From: Paragordius varius
Lineage: Eukaryota; Animalia; Nematomorpha
Assembly (NCBI GenBank): GCA_964247055.1
Contig: OZ176051.1
Span: 12,648,001-12,712,000, forward strand
Direction: 5' to 3'
DNA length: 64,000 nucleotides
Numbering within the stretch: the stretch's first letter is position 1; each line of letters starts with the position of its first letter. Under the pieces are notes generated by a model. It did no database searches. It had not been told where the DNA came from and was given only the letters and a program-made list of their open reading frames with translations. Positions 12,901 through 26,432 of this stretch are shown here, piece after piece. A program made the position numbers and the translations under genes.

Positions 12901-14310
12901 CTGTTTAGAATCAAAAATTTTAAAAATCTGGAACAAATCGAACATTTCTTATACAACATTGTTGCACGAAATACAAAAAGAAAGCTTAAAAAAACATGAT
13001 ATTAATAATTTTATGGATAAACCTTAAGGTAAAAAATTAATCAACATGATACAAAAAATAATGAATAATATCAATGTTAATTATGATTTAAAAGATTAGT
13101 TTAATTTACAATTCAAAAAAACACAAAATTTTGCAAAAATCAAAATAATGGCCTGAAGGAGTATATGAACCTTTTTTAAAAAAAAATAATTTTATTTAGA
13201 TATTTTGACTTATTTATAAAATTTTTATGGAGAAGCTTTGGATCTGTACCAGTCTTTTAGTAAAGAAGTGGGCAAGACCAATATCAATAAAACTAATTAA
13301 GACGGTCCGTTTTAAATTCATGACTCTTTCCTAATCAAAATTAATAAGTTAATTTTATATTTGGAAATAAGGCTTCATATCATACTTCTTCGATGCCATT
13401 TAATTTTGCAACATTTTTGTGAAATCATGCTTTTTTGATTTAAAGGCTAAAACTAAAGTTTAGCTAGTAATAAAAAAACATTAACATTTACATAAAAAAG
13501 TTATTTTTTGCATTATTTTTATATTAGCTAATGCACATATATCTTGTTGGCTAAATTTTTACTTTCAGGTTTATCCATAAAATAACTCATAATAAGTTTT
13601 TTTTATTTTTTTTTAATTATGTGCATCCATAATTTATTCCGTATTTCTTAAATTTTTTTTATTTTAAACACGCTTGGGGTTACCAACAAACCAACTCAAG
13701 AACTAAAATGAATGTGTTGTATTCAAGAAAATAATTATTAGTATATATATTATTGTTATATGGAATAATTAGGGATTTAGTATTCTTCCCTATTCACTTT
13801 ATGGTTTATTGGGGCAATCTGGCCTTTGCCCTTAACGCATTCTCATGCCCAGGCCAACATCGCGTGAAGGAGGCAATAGGACTTTCTAGGCTTAACCTAA
13901 AACAATGAATATTTTTTAAATCAGGGTTTTAAAAATGGGTTAAATTAAATTTTGTATGTTTATTTTTGCAAACACTAAATAACAACAAATATATTTGGGT
14001 ATCTATATACTGGTAGAGGTATTTTTTTTAATACAATATATATATATATATATATATATATAGATATATATATATATATATAGATATATATATCAATTTA
14101 ATTCTACCTTAAAACAAAGATAATCTCTCTAATGGCTGTTATGCTTTGCTTTTTATCTTTTAATATTATTTTATTATAAGATTGGAGGGCATATACTTAT
14201 ATCATTAAATTTTGTTTTACTGGAACTAGCCTATATTCACCCATATTTCATTATTATATTTTTATATATCTATTTTTTTATCTTCGGCAAAAATTTAATA
14301 TTAGAAAACG

Positions 14311-15198
14311 ATGATTTTCAACATTTTGCGCATAGGTTTCTATGGTTTGACCATCATAGGATTTACATTTTTAATTGGATATATAAGCACCGGTAAAAAA
14401 GAAGCACGAGATCAAGTATGGTGGAAGTCAAAACAATTCGCATGCCATATAATATTCTTAATTCTACATATAGCTCTTTTCATTACAAGCTTGTTAATGC
14501 ATATTAAACCGAAATTATGTGTTTTTGGAAAACGGTTGTCCTTTATCCAACAGACGGTCTTAGTTTTAATGGCTATAATAAAATTCGTTTTAGTCAATGA
14601 TACAATGATCAAATGTATAACACTTAAACCATCATTTAAAATATTCAAATCCATATTTAATTCGACAGCCATAGTTTTATTTGTCTTGATTGGTTCCCGA
14701 GTATTGGCTGCATTGATTCGATCACCTGATTTTTTAAAGTATGATAGGAAAAAAAGACCCCGGTCTATATATTCGCAAAAATTTTCACTAACTCTAATTT
14801 TAGTACGCATTAATTTTGTTATATTTTTAACGATTACGATATTATTGGCCTTTATTGTGTTAATGCAAAAGTACCGAATTCGTAATCAAGTCAATTGTAC
14901 TCAATCGATTGAAACAAATTTTTTAATAGCTATACATCACAATTCATCCGATCGAGAATCCGATAGAGAAAATGAAGTGGTATTAACAACGGAGCGACCA
15001 CAAAAATGTTTATATGCCAGTGAATATAAAAGCAGTTTAATTGTCATCTTCGGTTGCTTTATATTCATAAATATAACTCATATCATTCTGACTTTTATCC
15101 TGATAAAGGGTGCATATATGATAATAACCTTTTTGCAAAATCTAGAAATTGTGTTGGCATTGTTATGGCAACCTCGAGTCGTACCTAAGATCTCATAA
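14311..15198 (+). CDS. Intronless orphan multi-pass membrane protein, ~7 TM, divergent GPCR/chemoreceptor-like (295 aa)
   Basis: An 888-nt ORF in very AT-rich DNA; seven hydrophobic segments (approx. aa 8-26, 44-63, 78-96, 115-135, 158-185, 243-265, 268-286); long polar loop between TM5 and TM6; no canonical DRY or NPxxY. The ORF is well supported; the GPCR call is inference. Confidence 0.7.
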   Translation: MIFNILRIGFYGLTIIGFTFLIGYISTGKKEARDQVWWKSKQFACHIIFLILHIALFITSLLMHIKPKLCVFGKRLSFIQQTVLVLMAIIKFVLVNDTMIKCITLKPSFKIFKSIFNSTAIVLFVLIGSRVLAALIRSPDFLKYDRKKRPRSIYSQKFSLTLILVRINFVIFLTITILLAFIVLMQKYRIRNQVNCTQSIETNFLIAIHHNSSDRESDRENEVVLTTERPQKCLYASEYKSSLIVIFGCFIFINITHIILTFILIKGAYMIITFLQNLEIVLALLWQPRVVPKIS

Positions 15199-15749
15199 AA
15201 TTATTTATGTTAAACGTCGTCCAATAAATGTGTCTAAATTATAATTCGATTCTCATAATGATCATCTTATCAAATCTTATTAAAGTAAAAAATATTGATT
15301 TTAATGAAAATATGTGGTAGAAAAAAATATGTCACCCAATCTAACATAAGTTAAAAATAATTGTAATTTTTAAGCAATATAATAGGCATAAAAATTGTAA
15401 TCGATTGTAGACTAATTTTAAACAAGTTTTATTTATTTAAATATGATATTGATTTTTACACCAAATATGGATATTTTTCTATAAATTATGCAGAATTTAT
15501 ATACTGGGTGCCTGATCCGTAAATAGTATTATCTATAGATTTCATAGTATTGTAAATTGTAAATTTCTGTTGTACGCATTGATCCCGAAGTAAAGAAATC
15601 ATTTAATTTGTGCCAAAAGACTGTTCCAAAACTTTTTTACAATTTTTTATACAATAATTAACCCTACATTGTATACTATTTGTTTAAAATTTATTTTATA
15701 GTTTTTGAGGAGGTAATTTTTTAATTGTGTAATTATTCATTGAATATCA

Positions 15750-16800
15750 TCATCCTTTGCATGGGGATTCGCCATTAAATGGTAGTATACCCGTTAAAAA
15801 AATTTCCAATATTTTCTTGATCTGGCTAATTCTAGATTTAAATTTGTGTTGAGCCATGTAGTATGGGGGCTACCCGATTTTGCTGATATTTTAACCGATT
15901 TTTGATAGTTTTAAGGATATGGGTATTTTCCCGTCTCTCAACATGTCCAGCCCATTATAACCGCAGATTCATGGTCACGTTGGGTTAAGATTAAGTATTC
16001 GGTACGGGTTTATAGATACGGCATAGTTGAACTTGGATGAGATTAAGCGTTTATGAGTTTGGGTTCGTTTTTTACATCGGCCAGGAGTGGATCCGTATGT
16101 AAAGATGGGACAAATGGCTATTGTGTAAATGCTGCACTTTGTTTGTAGTTAGACGAATTTATTTTTTTTTTAACGAATGGTATTTTTCCACATTTTGATA
16201 TGCAATGTTTAATTGCTTCCATTCCACCAACGGCTGATATCTATCACCCAAGTAGAAAGTGCTAATTGCTGATTATCGAAAAAGTTTGAAATTGGGTTGA
16301 GTATTAATATATTTATATATCCTGTGTATTAGTGATCATCGTAGTCATTAAGAAATTTGAGCACATAAGATGTAGCCTTAAATTTTTAAGTGATCCTTTA
16401 TATTTTCTAACCATATTATACATTTGTTTGCCTGTTTATCAGCGATTAAATTTATAGAAATAAATAGCGGCAAATTGAGAAGGATTTTTTTTAACAATTT
16501 TACATTTTTTTAACAAATTATTGTATAATGTGCCAAGACTAAAGAAAGCATATTTTATTCGGCTTAATACAGTTTATAGTTTTTAAAATATTCTTTTAAA
16601 TCTTTCTGGGTTAAACTATTCCAAAAATATTTGATTTTTAAAATGACCTCTTATAATCGCGTCTTGAGCTGTCCCAATTTTAGACTCTAAAAGTCTCAAA
16701 ACTCTAATAAATGTTAGTTTTTTATCTACGACAGGAAACAATGATTACTTTTTAATAAATAACTTTCAAAACAGAAGCTTATCTACAAGAGTGAGCTCTG
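15750..16800 (-). mobile_element. Decayed LINE (RTE/CR1-like) RT and C-terminal fragment
   Basis: Minus-strand remnants KIGTAQDAIIRGHFKNQIF, ICPIFTYGS and RL*WAGHVERRENTHILK, resembling RLRWAGHV.R; ends approximate. Confidence 0.5.
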
Positions 16801-17045
16801 GGATATAAATCCGATTGATTTTGGGGAAAAAGTTAAAACATCATGCGGTGTTTAATAGCCCATTATAGATATTGATTATTAATCGGATTTTGGTTTTGAA
16901 TTTAAAAGGTAGAAATTAAACTAAAATCTTAACGGGAGAACAATGTTTCGATTGTTTTTACAAGTTAAATCCTGGCCATAAATTTAGCAAATTATTGCAA
17001 GAAAAACGTAACCAGGTGGTAAACTTCTGATTGTGGCATTCACCC

Positions 17046-17589
17046 ATGCACGTCGAATACATCATATTGGTGATAGCTTTGATTTTAAAGACTCTTGTTG
17101 CCATTAAAAAGGAAATTACCATTGCAATAACTCCATCTGGATCAAATATACATTATTTAAATTTAAATGTTTATATATAATGTTTAATTTAGTCTAGAAG
17201 ATAGAATGCACATTTGATGCCAAAGTTCTTGGCGGAACTGGGGAAGAATGGAAATTTGAATTAATTGTTGAAAATGAAAAGAGCTGTCGAGTATACCGAT
17301 ATGATAGCACATATTTGGTTTTTCAAACGTTTTCGTTGGAAATGAAGGGCGTTGAATCCAGTCATGCTTTAGTTAAGGTATATATGTATATATATATATA
17401 TTTATTTATTATAATTAAAAAAATATGTTATAATTTTATATTCATATTTTTATCTAGTATAAAGATAAGGCTATTGATTCCAGCCTTTATATTTTTAAAC
17501 CGAAGGAAAACAAAATATACAAAGCAAACGCAGAGCTGATACAACTTTCGGAAATTTACATCACTACTGAAAGTCATAATGAATTGTGA
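17046..17589 (+). CDS. MYDGF: Myeloid-derived growth factor homolog (UPF0556/C19orf10), 144 aa
   Basis: Exons 17046-17168, 17198-17377, 17458-17589 (introns 29 and 80 nt, both phase 0). Signal peptide MHVEYIILVIALILKTLVA; core KIECTFDAKVLGGTGEEWKFELIVENEKSCRVYRYDSTYLVFQTFSLEMKG resembles human CMFTYASQGGTNEQWQM...CTIWRPQGKSYLYFTQFKAEVRG; C-terminal HNEL ER-retention-like signal. Confidence 0.85.
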
Positions 17590-17759
17590 TAAATTTATGA
17601 AGTTGTAAAATAAATTATATTTTTAATTTTTTATTACTTTAATAATTGCAATTATGCCCATTTATGCTGGCTTAACATTATAGTTGGTCAATCAGCAACC
17701 CACTAGTGTATGGTAACAAAATGTCTATTAAATAAATGCTTATCTTAATTTGTTTTAAA

Positions 17760-17885
17760 ACTCACGCTACTGATGACAAATTAATCAACGATATTGTTAA
17801 TAAGGCATAAATTTGCATCTTCTAATCAATATTGGGTAAATCATAAACCTTTTCGTTGTATTCCCGTTCAATTTATTTTCTATAG

Positions 17886-17925
<40 letters not shown>

Positions 17926-18400
17926 TTGGTTATAGTTCTTTTAGAATGGTTCTAATTTCGGTTTAAATTATTTACCACAATATAAATCTAAGAAAAAGTT
18001 TTTTTTATCAAAAATGGACTTTATCAAGGATCCATAATGAGCCCGAACGTTATAATGAAATAATTAAATACAACCGGAATGCCGCGCCAACTTGATGTCG
18101 ATTACCTTGTAATAACATCGACAAACGAAAGCGGTCTCATTGCCAAAATTCGTTTGTAGAATGACGTCCCACAAACCTGACTAAAAGTTAATTTCTCCAA
18201 AACTAAAACAATGCTGATAATTTCAATCCTAAAAACCCGTGCAGCATATGTAAATAAGATTTAAATCAAACTCCGTACGGTGTAATTCTTGCTCATGGGC
18301 ACATAAAAAATGCATTAGTTTTAATATCAGCTGTTCGTCTCATCGTGTTTTGGACCGTCCCAATTTTAGATATTAGAAGTCAAAACCATAAAAAATAATT
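17760..18400 (-). mobile_element. Decayed LINE RT fragment related to the 15750-16800 relic
   Basis: GTCCCAATTTTAGA...AAAAC block shared with ~16670; minus-strand SKIGTVQNTMRRT and LWDVILQTNFG, resembling LINE RT N-terminal motifs. Confidence 0.4.
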
Positions 18401-20039
18401 GTTTTTTTAAGTATCACTGTGTCTACAAAAAATAACCTGTTGTAATATATGTCATAAGAAAATGTATCAGGATTATGATAGTGTTTTGCGCCCTTACGGG
18501 TGATAAAAGAATGTTGGTAAACTTTTGTGGTAATTGCACATTATCGAAAGTGGCACAATTTGAGCACGTTTTTTATAATAAAATTTTTTTGGCATATAAA
18601 CGCAAGTATGCCGGGATTGCTCAATATGATTTTTTATTATATGCTTAATTTTAACCATAAAAAATATTATTAATTTAATATTTAGCATAATATAAAGCGT
18701 TTTGTACCGTTTCTAACATACAACTAAATTTTGTTAAAAATTTAATTTTCGTAAAAAGTATGCATTTTTTAAAAAATATTTTTTATGTCAAAATTTAGTT
18801 TATAGTTAAAAATTATATTGCGCTATCTCGGAATTCTTGCGTTTATTAAAAAACTAGCCTATTTTAGAAGAGCAAAAAGTATTAAGACTTTCGGAGCCCA
18901 GATTTAAAAATTAGAATATTGTAAAAATAGTTTTGCTTTATATAGGTAGTTTTTATAATAAATTTTAGTTATATTTTTTGGAATGAAGCATCTAGTTTTC
19001 GCCAAAAAAATTTTATTCATAAAATTGTAAATATTGCCATTTTCTGATATGGAGCGCTTATCACAAAAGTGTTAATTTTATATCTTAGAGCCAAGATACA
19101 TTTTCCGATCAGAATATATACACAGTTTTTTAGTTCCGATTGACGCAATGTACGTGTACAATCTCTGATAATTAAATTTAAACAAAAAGATGTTTCAAAA
19201 CCGTAGTTTATTTGCAAAATGGAGCTCTGGGATATCAAACTACCCCAAAAGGGTAAACTAGTACATAAAGCAAAAAGGTAATGAAGTGATAACAATAAAA
19301 ATATGTTTTGCTGGTAGAATGCAACTCGAAAGCTTAATTAAATAATTGCATTTTTAAAACCATAATATACATATATTGGTCTCAGCTTAAAAAAAATTTA
19401 CGAAAAAATAGCGGAGAAAAAGTTTCACAGGATTTTTTTTAAAATTTACATTAAAAAATGTTTCTTGTACCGTGCCATACGAGGAATTTAAGAAAGTTAT
19501 ACTTTTTTGGTAAAAGCGGCAATATTTCTACTCATATGCGAAATAAAAAATTTTTGATATTGCTTCAAAAATATTTGAAATATTTTTACTACAAATATAA
19601 GCAAAACAATATATGCATAAAAAAATGGATTCCAAGAGTCTTAAATTTTTAACCCTCTCTAAAATGGGCTATTGTTAAAAACGTAAAGATACCAATTTTG
19701 TAAAATATACAATAAATTATTATGACATCAAAAAAATAATTTAAATATTTAATTTGTAGCTAAATTTTGTGGGCGCTATAATAACGTTGAACGAGCATAC
19801 AACATTTAAGACGATATAACAACAGTTTTTCTAATTACTTATTATGACACTGAAGTAGATCCTATTGCTGTGGACACAAACGCGCCATTATAATTGCAAA
19901 AGTTATAACACTTTATGATACACGTAGTTAATATCGTTAATTGTATCTTCAAGCAAAATAGTTAGTATATAATTCATATATTATTATATCACACACACAT
20001 GTTTAATTTTGGTATTTAAATGTTGTATACTTCAATCAC

Positions 20040-22940
20040 CTAAATTGGCGTGGTCAACCTGGCAAAAATTTATCTGGAAATATTTAATGAAAATGAAAAT
20101 TATAACCGATATGTTTTTTACATTCAGCGAATGCTAGCTGCAAAAAACATGACGACAAGCGTCAACATTTACAGGATATTGTTTCTCGCTTACGCAGGAA
20201 TGTCGGTTACAAAGAAATTCGAACAATTCCTTTTCCCAAATTCGCTCGACAATACCACCTGCGAGGACATCCGGCAGGAAAATTTACGCATCGAATAGGA
20301 CGAATATATTCCAGGCCAAATTATTTGGTAAAAATTCATCGGACTGAGAAACACTTATGGATGTTTTACGAGTCAAAACCAAAGTCGCAAAATTCAATTC
20401 ATGTTTGTCGTAGATGAAAAAATACGGGACGCTTTCATTGCAGGCCTGGGGGTCGAAAATTTAGAATTAAATCTGTTAACCAGATTCCCCAACGTCATGT
20501 GGGAAAACGAACCCTTAAACCTAATAAAACAGTGCCCTCCCTCAACTATGAAACGGCACATCAATCGGCAACAATAGTTGGCAACATATTGCAGACAACA
20601 GCTCGGAGATACTAGAACAAGTGTCGATTCAGCGGTTTAGGTCATGCACCCGGCAAATGCCCAGCTTGGAACAATCAATTTTATAAGTGTCAAGGCTGGA
20701 TTTACTTCCAACCGAACTGTAAGAAGAAAAGGATTAGCAACGTTCAGCACATCGAATGTAGCCACTACTAAATTAACAATAATTATTGGTAAGCCAATAC
20801 GCATGATTATGGGCACAGGTTCAAGTGTATCTATAATTGATTGTCAGGCGTGGGAAAGAATTGGGGACCCTGTGTTACAACAAACAGGCAAGATTTGTAT
20901 GGCTATGGTAGACAAAAAAATCAATTTCAAGGGTAGGTGTATGGTCAGGGTACAATTCTATGATGAAACAAAATCTCTGACCTGCTTTGTTGTGATCGGC
21001 TGGGCTCCAGCAATTGGTTGGGATTGGCTTCAAGAATTCCCAAATGTCATAAAACAGATTATACGTAAATACTTTAATAATAATATATTTGAGGAAAATA
21101 TACTCCTTTTTTGTGAAAAGTTAGGGTGTTTCACTGGAACACCTATCTAACCTTTTTTAAAAAAACAATATAAAACCAAAAATTTTTAAGTGTCGCCGCA
21201 TCCCGACATTAAAATAAAAAGTCGACTCTGAAATTAAGAGATTAGAAGCGGTTAATCAAACCATTAGACTCTACGACTGAGAAATTAACCTGGGCCACCA
21301 CTATTGTTTGTATAACAAAAGTGAATGGTGTCTTAGGGTTATATGCAGATAATCGTGTTACAATAGATCTGCATCTAGGAGAATCATTTTCGGTAAACGA
21401 TTTAAAAGACGCATAAGGCGACTGCCAGGGAAAAGCTGTATATATATAGGTGATATTTTAATAACAGAGACAAACCTAAACGAACATAAAATTAATTTAG
21501 AAAGGGTATTTAAGCGTCTAGATCAATCTAGTTTAAAATTAAGTAAAAGTAAACTAACAACCGTCCGTAAGCTATTTGGGATATGTTATTTCAAACAACG
21601 ACATCTCACCGCTGCCGATAAAGTTTAAGCTATACAAGACTTCCCAAGACCCATTGACAAAACAACACTCAAGTCTTTCTTAGGCTAAATAAATTTTCAC
21701 ACAAGATTCCTCTTAAAGTTTCATGGAAGTTTGTCTGTACTCCTAAGTAGTTAACCCTGTATATGGACCAAAAACCACGAGGACTTAACAGAGCCACACA
21801 CTGTTAAACTAATCCCGTTCAACCCTGAGTTACCTAAATCGAAACAGATGCCTCGAATAAAGTGTACGGAGGAGTGTTGCTACAGACCACGCGGGAGGGC
21901 ATAAATACACACATTGCTGCATCAAGAAAGTACACGCAGAATATTATTGGGTGATAGAAAAGGAAGCACCAGCCATAATTTTCGCTTTTGAAAAATTAAC
22001 GTTTATTAAGTGGAAGAAGTGTGAATTGCATAGGGATAACAAACCACTAATAAAGCTGTTTGGAAATAATCGTAAACAAACCAAATAAACAATTCCAAAC
22101 TACTACTTTGGATATATAAAGCTACCAAATTTAATTACAATCTAGGGTACATTTAAAGCCATGAAAACATTGCAGATCCATTGTCCCGCATGCCGACAGA
22201 GCCACAACAACAAGAACAGAGAGTCTACGAACAGCAGAACATGTAAGGTTTGTCAATAATAATCTATTTAACACAAGTTGTGACCTTATTAGAAGCCAGA
22301 TCGAAACCGACACAGTCTTAAAACAGGTAAAAAGTGCACTAAATACAAACAACAGGTCCGATAAAATATTACACCCATTTCAAAGTTTTAAAAATGAAAT
22401 TGAAGATACGTACGGGTTACTATATTGGCATGATAGATTAATGATTCCCGAATTTCAAAAATACATATCTTACAATTATTACACGTTTGACACCCTGGGT
22501 CAAAAGCAAGGTACGAACAAGCAAGACAAATAGACTTTTGGCACAATATTGAAAGCGACCTAAAAAAGTGGGTAGATATGTATAAAAAATGTCAAGAAAA
22601 CCGTATGATGCGAAAATCGAATCCCACATACAATTGGAACACTAATGCAGCAATATGGGAGAGATTACATCCAGATATAGCAAGCCCGAACAATTATTAT
22701 TGGACAGTTCTTATTAGCAGTTATTCTCGATGAGTCGAAGTTAAACTATCGAAAATGATATCGACCAAAAATATCCTAAATTTTCTAGACGAATATTTCT
22801 GTTATGAATCGCCAAGAATGATAGTAACCGACATATCCTACTTTACATCTGTTAAAAAATTAATGGAAACGGGAAACATTAAAAATGTAACATCACTTCC
22901 CTATCATCGTGGAACAAGTGATATATACCCTCAAATACTT
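20040..22940 (+). mobile_element. Ty3/Gypsy LTR retrotransposon relic (gag, protease, partly deleted RT, RNase H, integrase)
   Basis: TGGCG PBS-like start at ~20046; gag-like 20050-20298; aspartic protease IIIGKPIRMIMGTGSSVSII (20644-21150); RNase H ...IEKEAPAIIFAFEK...DNKPL (~21950-22050); integrase Zn-finger/core remnants 22430-22930. Confidence 0.8.
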
Positions 22941-23535
22941 TAAATTTAAATTTTTTTTGGAAAAAAACATTTTATATTTAAACAAATTTTATAGATATGT
23001 TTAAATTCTGGGATAGATTCAGTATCATTAAATTATATAGAAAGTGTATTTATATATGTTAAAATGTTCTGAATGTCAATACCATGATCCAAAATACCAT
23101 AAAAACATTTCATGGTATTTTGCCTTAATAAAATCCTCAAACGAAGAAGCGTTTTTTAATAATTTCATTTATATGATCAACCTGTCAAAAATTGTCGCAA
23201 TATCTCGGCATTTTTGCTTCTATTTAAAGAAAACTAAACCATGTCAGACGTTGAGACTAAGTCATATTAAATTAAATTATTTATACAATTTAGTAATATA
23301 TAATAAATATGGCATTTTTGACCAATAAGACGCACAAGTTTCGAGATTTTTAAGATCAAAAGCACGATATGAATCTAATACATTTTATTGATATATATAA
23401 TGGATGGAATGGATGGAAAATGTCAGGAGTCCAGATTCGGAGTTTTGTGACCGAAGTAATTCCCGCCATAAATTACGATCTTTACATTGTTCTGTCGTAA
23501 GGCTACGTTAATTTAAGTCCCTTTTTATATTATCA

Positions 23536-25559
23536 CTAGCGTAAATCTCGTGCTGCTAAGCAGCCCGAGGAAATCCTTCGGACTTTCGTGAGGGAGGAGA
23601 GGGTGGGCTATTTGAAAAAAGGAATCAATAAAATGATCCTTATATGTGGTTTATTTCGAAACAATATTTAATAGCTATGATCTCATAGGGTTTTTGAACG
23701 GTGCATTCATACTAATATATTGTTTACGTGTGTAAAGGCCCCAAATTGAGGCTAACGGAAAAAACCGCTATATTATAACTTTTACTTTTTTATGGGTAAT
23801 ATTTAAAGCCTTTATTGAACTCGTATGGCTTCTTTAGTTTTCTGAAAATCAGCTCCGAAGCCAAGCCATTTTTGTTTGGCATCTCAGTTTAAAACAATTG
23901 ACCCCTACCCATAGGCCTTAATGGAAAAAACACTAAGTTAAATTATTTACCTAAAATATTTGGAATCATCTTTGACACCATCGTCTCATGGATTATTCCA
24001 AAAAATACCTCAACACTAAATAATCCTATATGATGGCGTATTTTTAGGGCATAAAGGCCCAAAATTAACGGCTGATAAAAAAAGGCGTGACCTTAATTTT
24101 TACCTAGTAACGGGTCGAACTTTGAATGTGCTCATATGGCATAAATTTTCTTTAAATTAGTTCCAAAACAACGCAATTCTTTATAGTGACACAGTTTTTG
24201 GCGGGTAGCTTCTTACCCAGAGGCAGGTATAAAAAAGCGTCGGGCAAAATTTTTGTCTTAAAATAGGGAATATCTAGAATTATAATTTCCATATGTTACT
24301 ATAAGCTGTTGGAAATATTGCTACAATACTAAAAAATTGTTCTATGGCGGCGAATTTTTCAGGGCGTAAAACTTTTCTTAGCGACTCATTGAAATAACCC
24401 CTATACTAAAATATTTGTTTTTTAAGGGGTAATAAATATTTTAGGCCCTTATTGAACTCACATAGTCTAAAATGTTTCTGAAATTTGGCTCCAAAGGCAT
24501 GCTGTAAGTGATGCATTTTTAAACAGGTAGCCCCCTACCCAGAGCCTATTTAACCGATAATTTCATAAATTCGCTCGACTTAAATTTTTGCCTTTTTACG
24601 GGTAATATTTCAGGCCCTTATAAGACTTATATGGCCTGTTTTAATAAAATTAATTCCTAAACAACGCGATTTTGATCGGGTTGCGCAGTTTTAGGCGGGT
24701 AGCTCCCTACCCAGAGGCTGATACAAAAAAGCGCTTGATTAAAATTTTCTTTTTACGGAGAATACCTGGAATCATGATTGATTCCATATGCCCTCATTAG
24801 TTTTTGGTACGTGGAATCATGATTGATTCCATATGCTCATATTAGTTTTTGGAAAAATTGCTTCAAAACTAAACAATTATTCTATGGTGGCGCATTTTTC
24901 AGGGCGTGAAGGGCCTATTTAACCGCTAATTTGAAAATTCCCCTCGACTTAAATTTTTGAATTTTTACGGGTAATATCTTAGCACGGATTGAACTCATAT
25001 GCCTGATAGGTTTTCATTTTCTTAAATTTAGCCCCAAAGGCACGTTATTTCGATATGGCGTGTAAATTTTTAGCGGGTATTCCCTTACTCAGCACCTATC
25101 ATCAAAGAAACGCTTGACTAAAATTTTTGCCTTTTAACAAGGAATAGGAATCCTATTAAATTTTTAAGGTCTCATACTTTGGGCGAAAAATAGATTCAAA
25201 AAATTATTTTTGCGGATTATTTTTTTGGACATTTTAAGGGGGGAGTGGATTAAAAGGAGGGCGTAAATTAAAAAGGCTAGCCCGACTATGTTGGGTGCAA
25301 TCGAAAATAAGTAAAAAAATCATATTAAAAATCAAATGACCAACACGTTTTCGGGAAAATGGTCTCAAAGACACGATGTTTGTGTTCTGTTTCAAAAAAA
25401 CCCGTTTTTTACACGGGGTTGGCCCGAACTGGGTGCCTAATTTTAAAAAAGGGCGAAGCTATTGTCGGGCCATTCATTAATGATTATATTTTTTCAATAT
25501 TTGGATTTAAATGCCGGTTTTCCGGAAACAGATCACAAATCCACTTTTATTTTTATAAA
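23536..25559 (-). mobile_element. Non-autonomous Helitron-like element, copy 2 (no hAT insertion)
   Basis: Reverse complement of 4100-5750 joined to 8206-8420; minus-strand 3' end AAGTCCGAAGGATTTCCTCGGGCTGCTTAGCAGCACGAGATTTACG-CTAG|T at 23536; 5' terminus slightly truncated at ~25559. Confidence 0.75.
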
Positions 25560-26432
25560 GAGTGGTCGCCCCTTTTTTCTTTCGCCATCAACATTAATGT
25601 TTTCAACAGTTTATAAAGGGTGGATGGCGTCTCTTCTTTAAGTATGAGCGTAGAGACGCAATCTATTAATTTGGATTTAATCAATTATTAATAAAATTTA
25701 GTATTTCTGGTGTATGAAAGCAGCTTTTGAGTATTCGACTCTCACTAGCTAGAGGTGTTTGATTAGTTTTGCTTTGCCCAAATTTTAGAACCATTATTGT
25801 TAACATTTTTGTTTTTTAAAACATAAACTGATTATATTTTATCAAACCATGTTGGAATCTTATTTTAATAGCCTTTTGTAGGCTACCGTGAGATGACATT
25901 CGATCTCCTAGATAAACAAAAGAGTCTACCAATTCGCTAATATAATCATCAATTTTAAATAACTTTAGCGGATTAGAATTATTATTACTGGGGTTAAAAC
26001 AATATATATATATATAAATTTCATCAGAATATTTTTTATACCCGATTCATACACCGTGTATGGGAAAAGCGGTCAACCAGTTCATTTAAAAAGTGTTTAG
26101 CTAAAATATTACCTTCATTTGAAAATAATTAAAAACATATCTAATATGGTCTATTTTCCAAATATTTTCAAATCCACGTTATTTTCATATGGTGGCCATT
26201 TCAAATAGGGTGGATTCTCCAGACCAATTTGCAAGGGCTGGGCAAAAATCTCTTAATACTGCATTATTAATTAATTAATGGTATATTTATTATTTAATTA
26301 TCTATTGGCTGTGTAAAATAAAAAATAAAAGCATACGCCCACACCAAATATAAAGATAGAAAAAAATCAAATATATTGATAAATAATAGTTCATGTAGTT
26401 CGAGTTTTGTCATTCAATGGTGTGGAGACATT

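Noticed and set aside
14412-14810. 132-aa antisense ORF
   Set aside because: It is the shadow of the 7-TM ORF on the opposite strand.
18040-18180. Minus-strand peptide SGLWDVILQTNFG... resembling dynein light chain LC8
   Set aside because: There is no start or upstream exon, and neighbouring frames fit a decayed LINE RT better.
23044-23328. 94-aa ORF with CSEC motif
   Set aside because: It has a non-ATG start, no splice context and no recognisable family; it is probably transposon debris next to the Gypsy relic.
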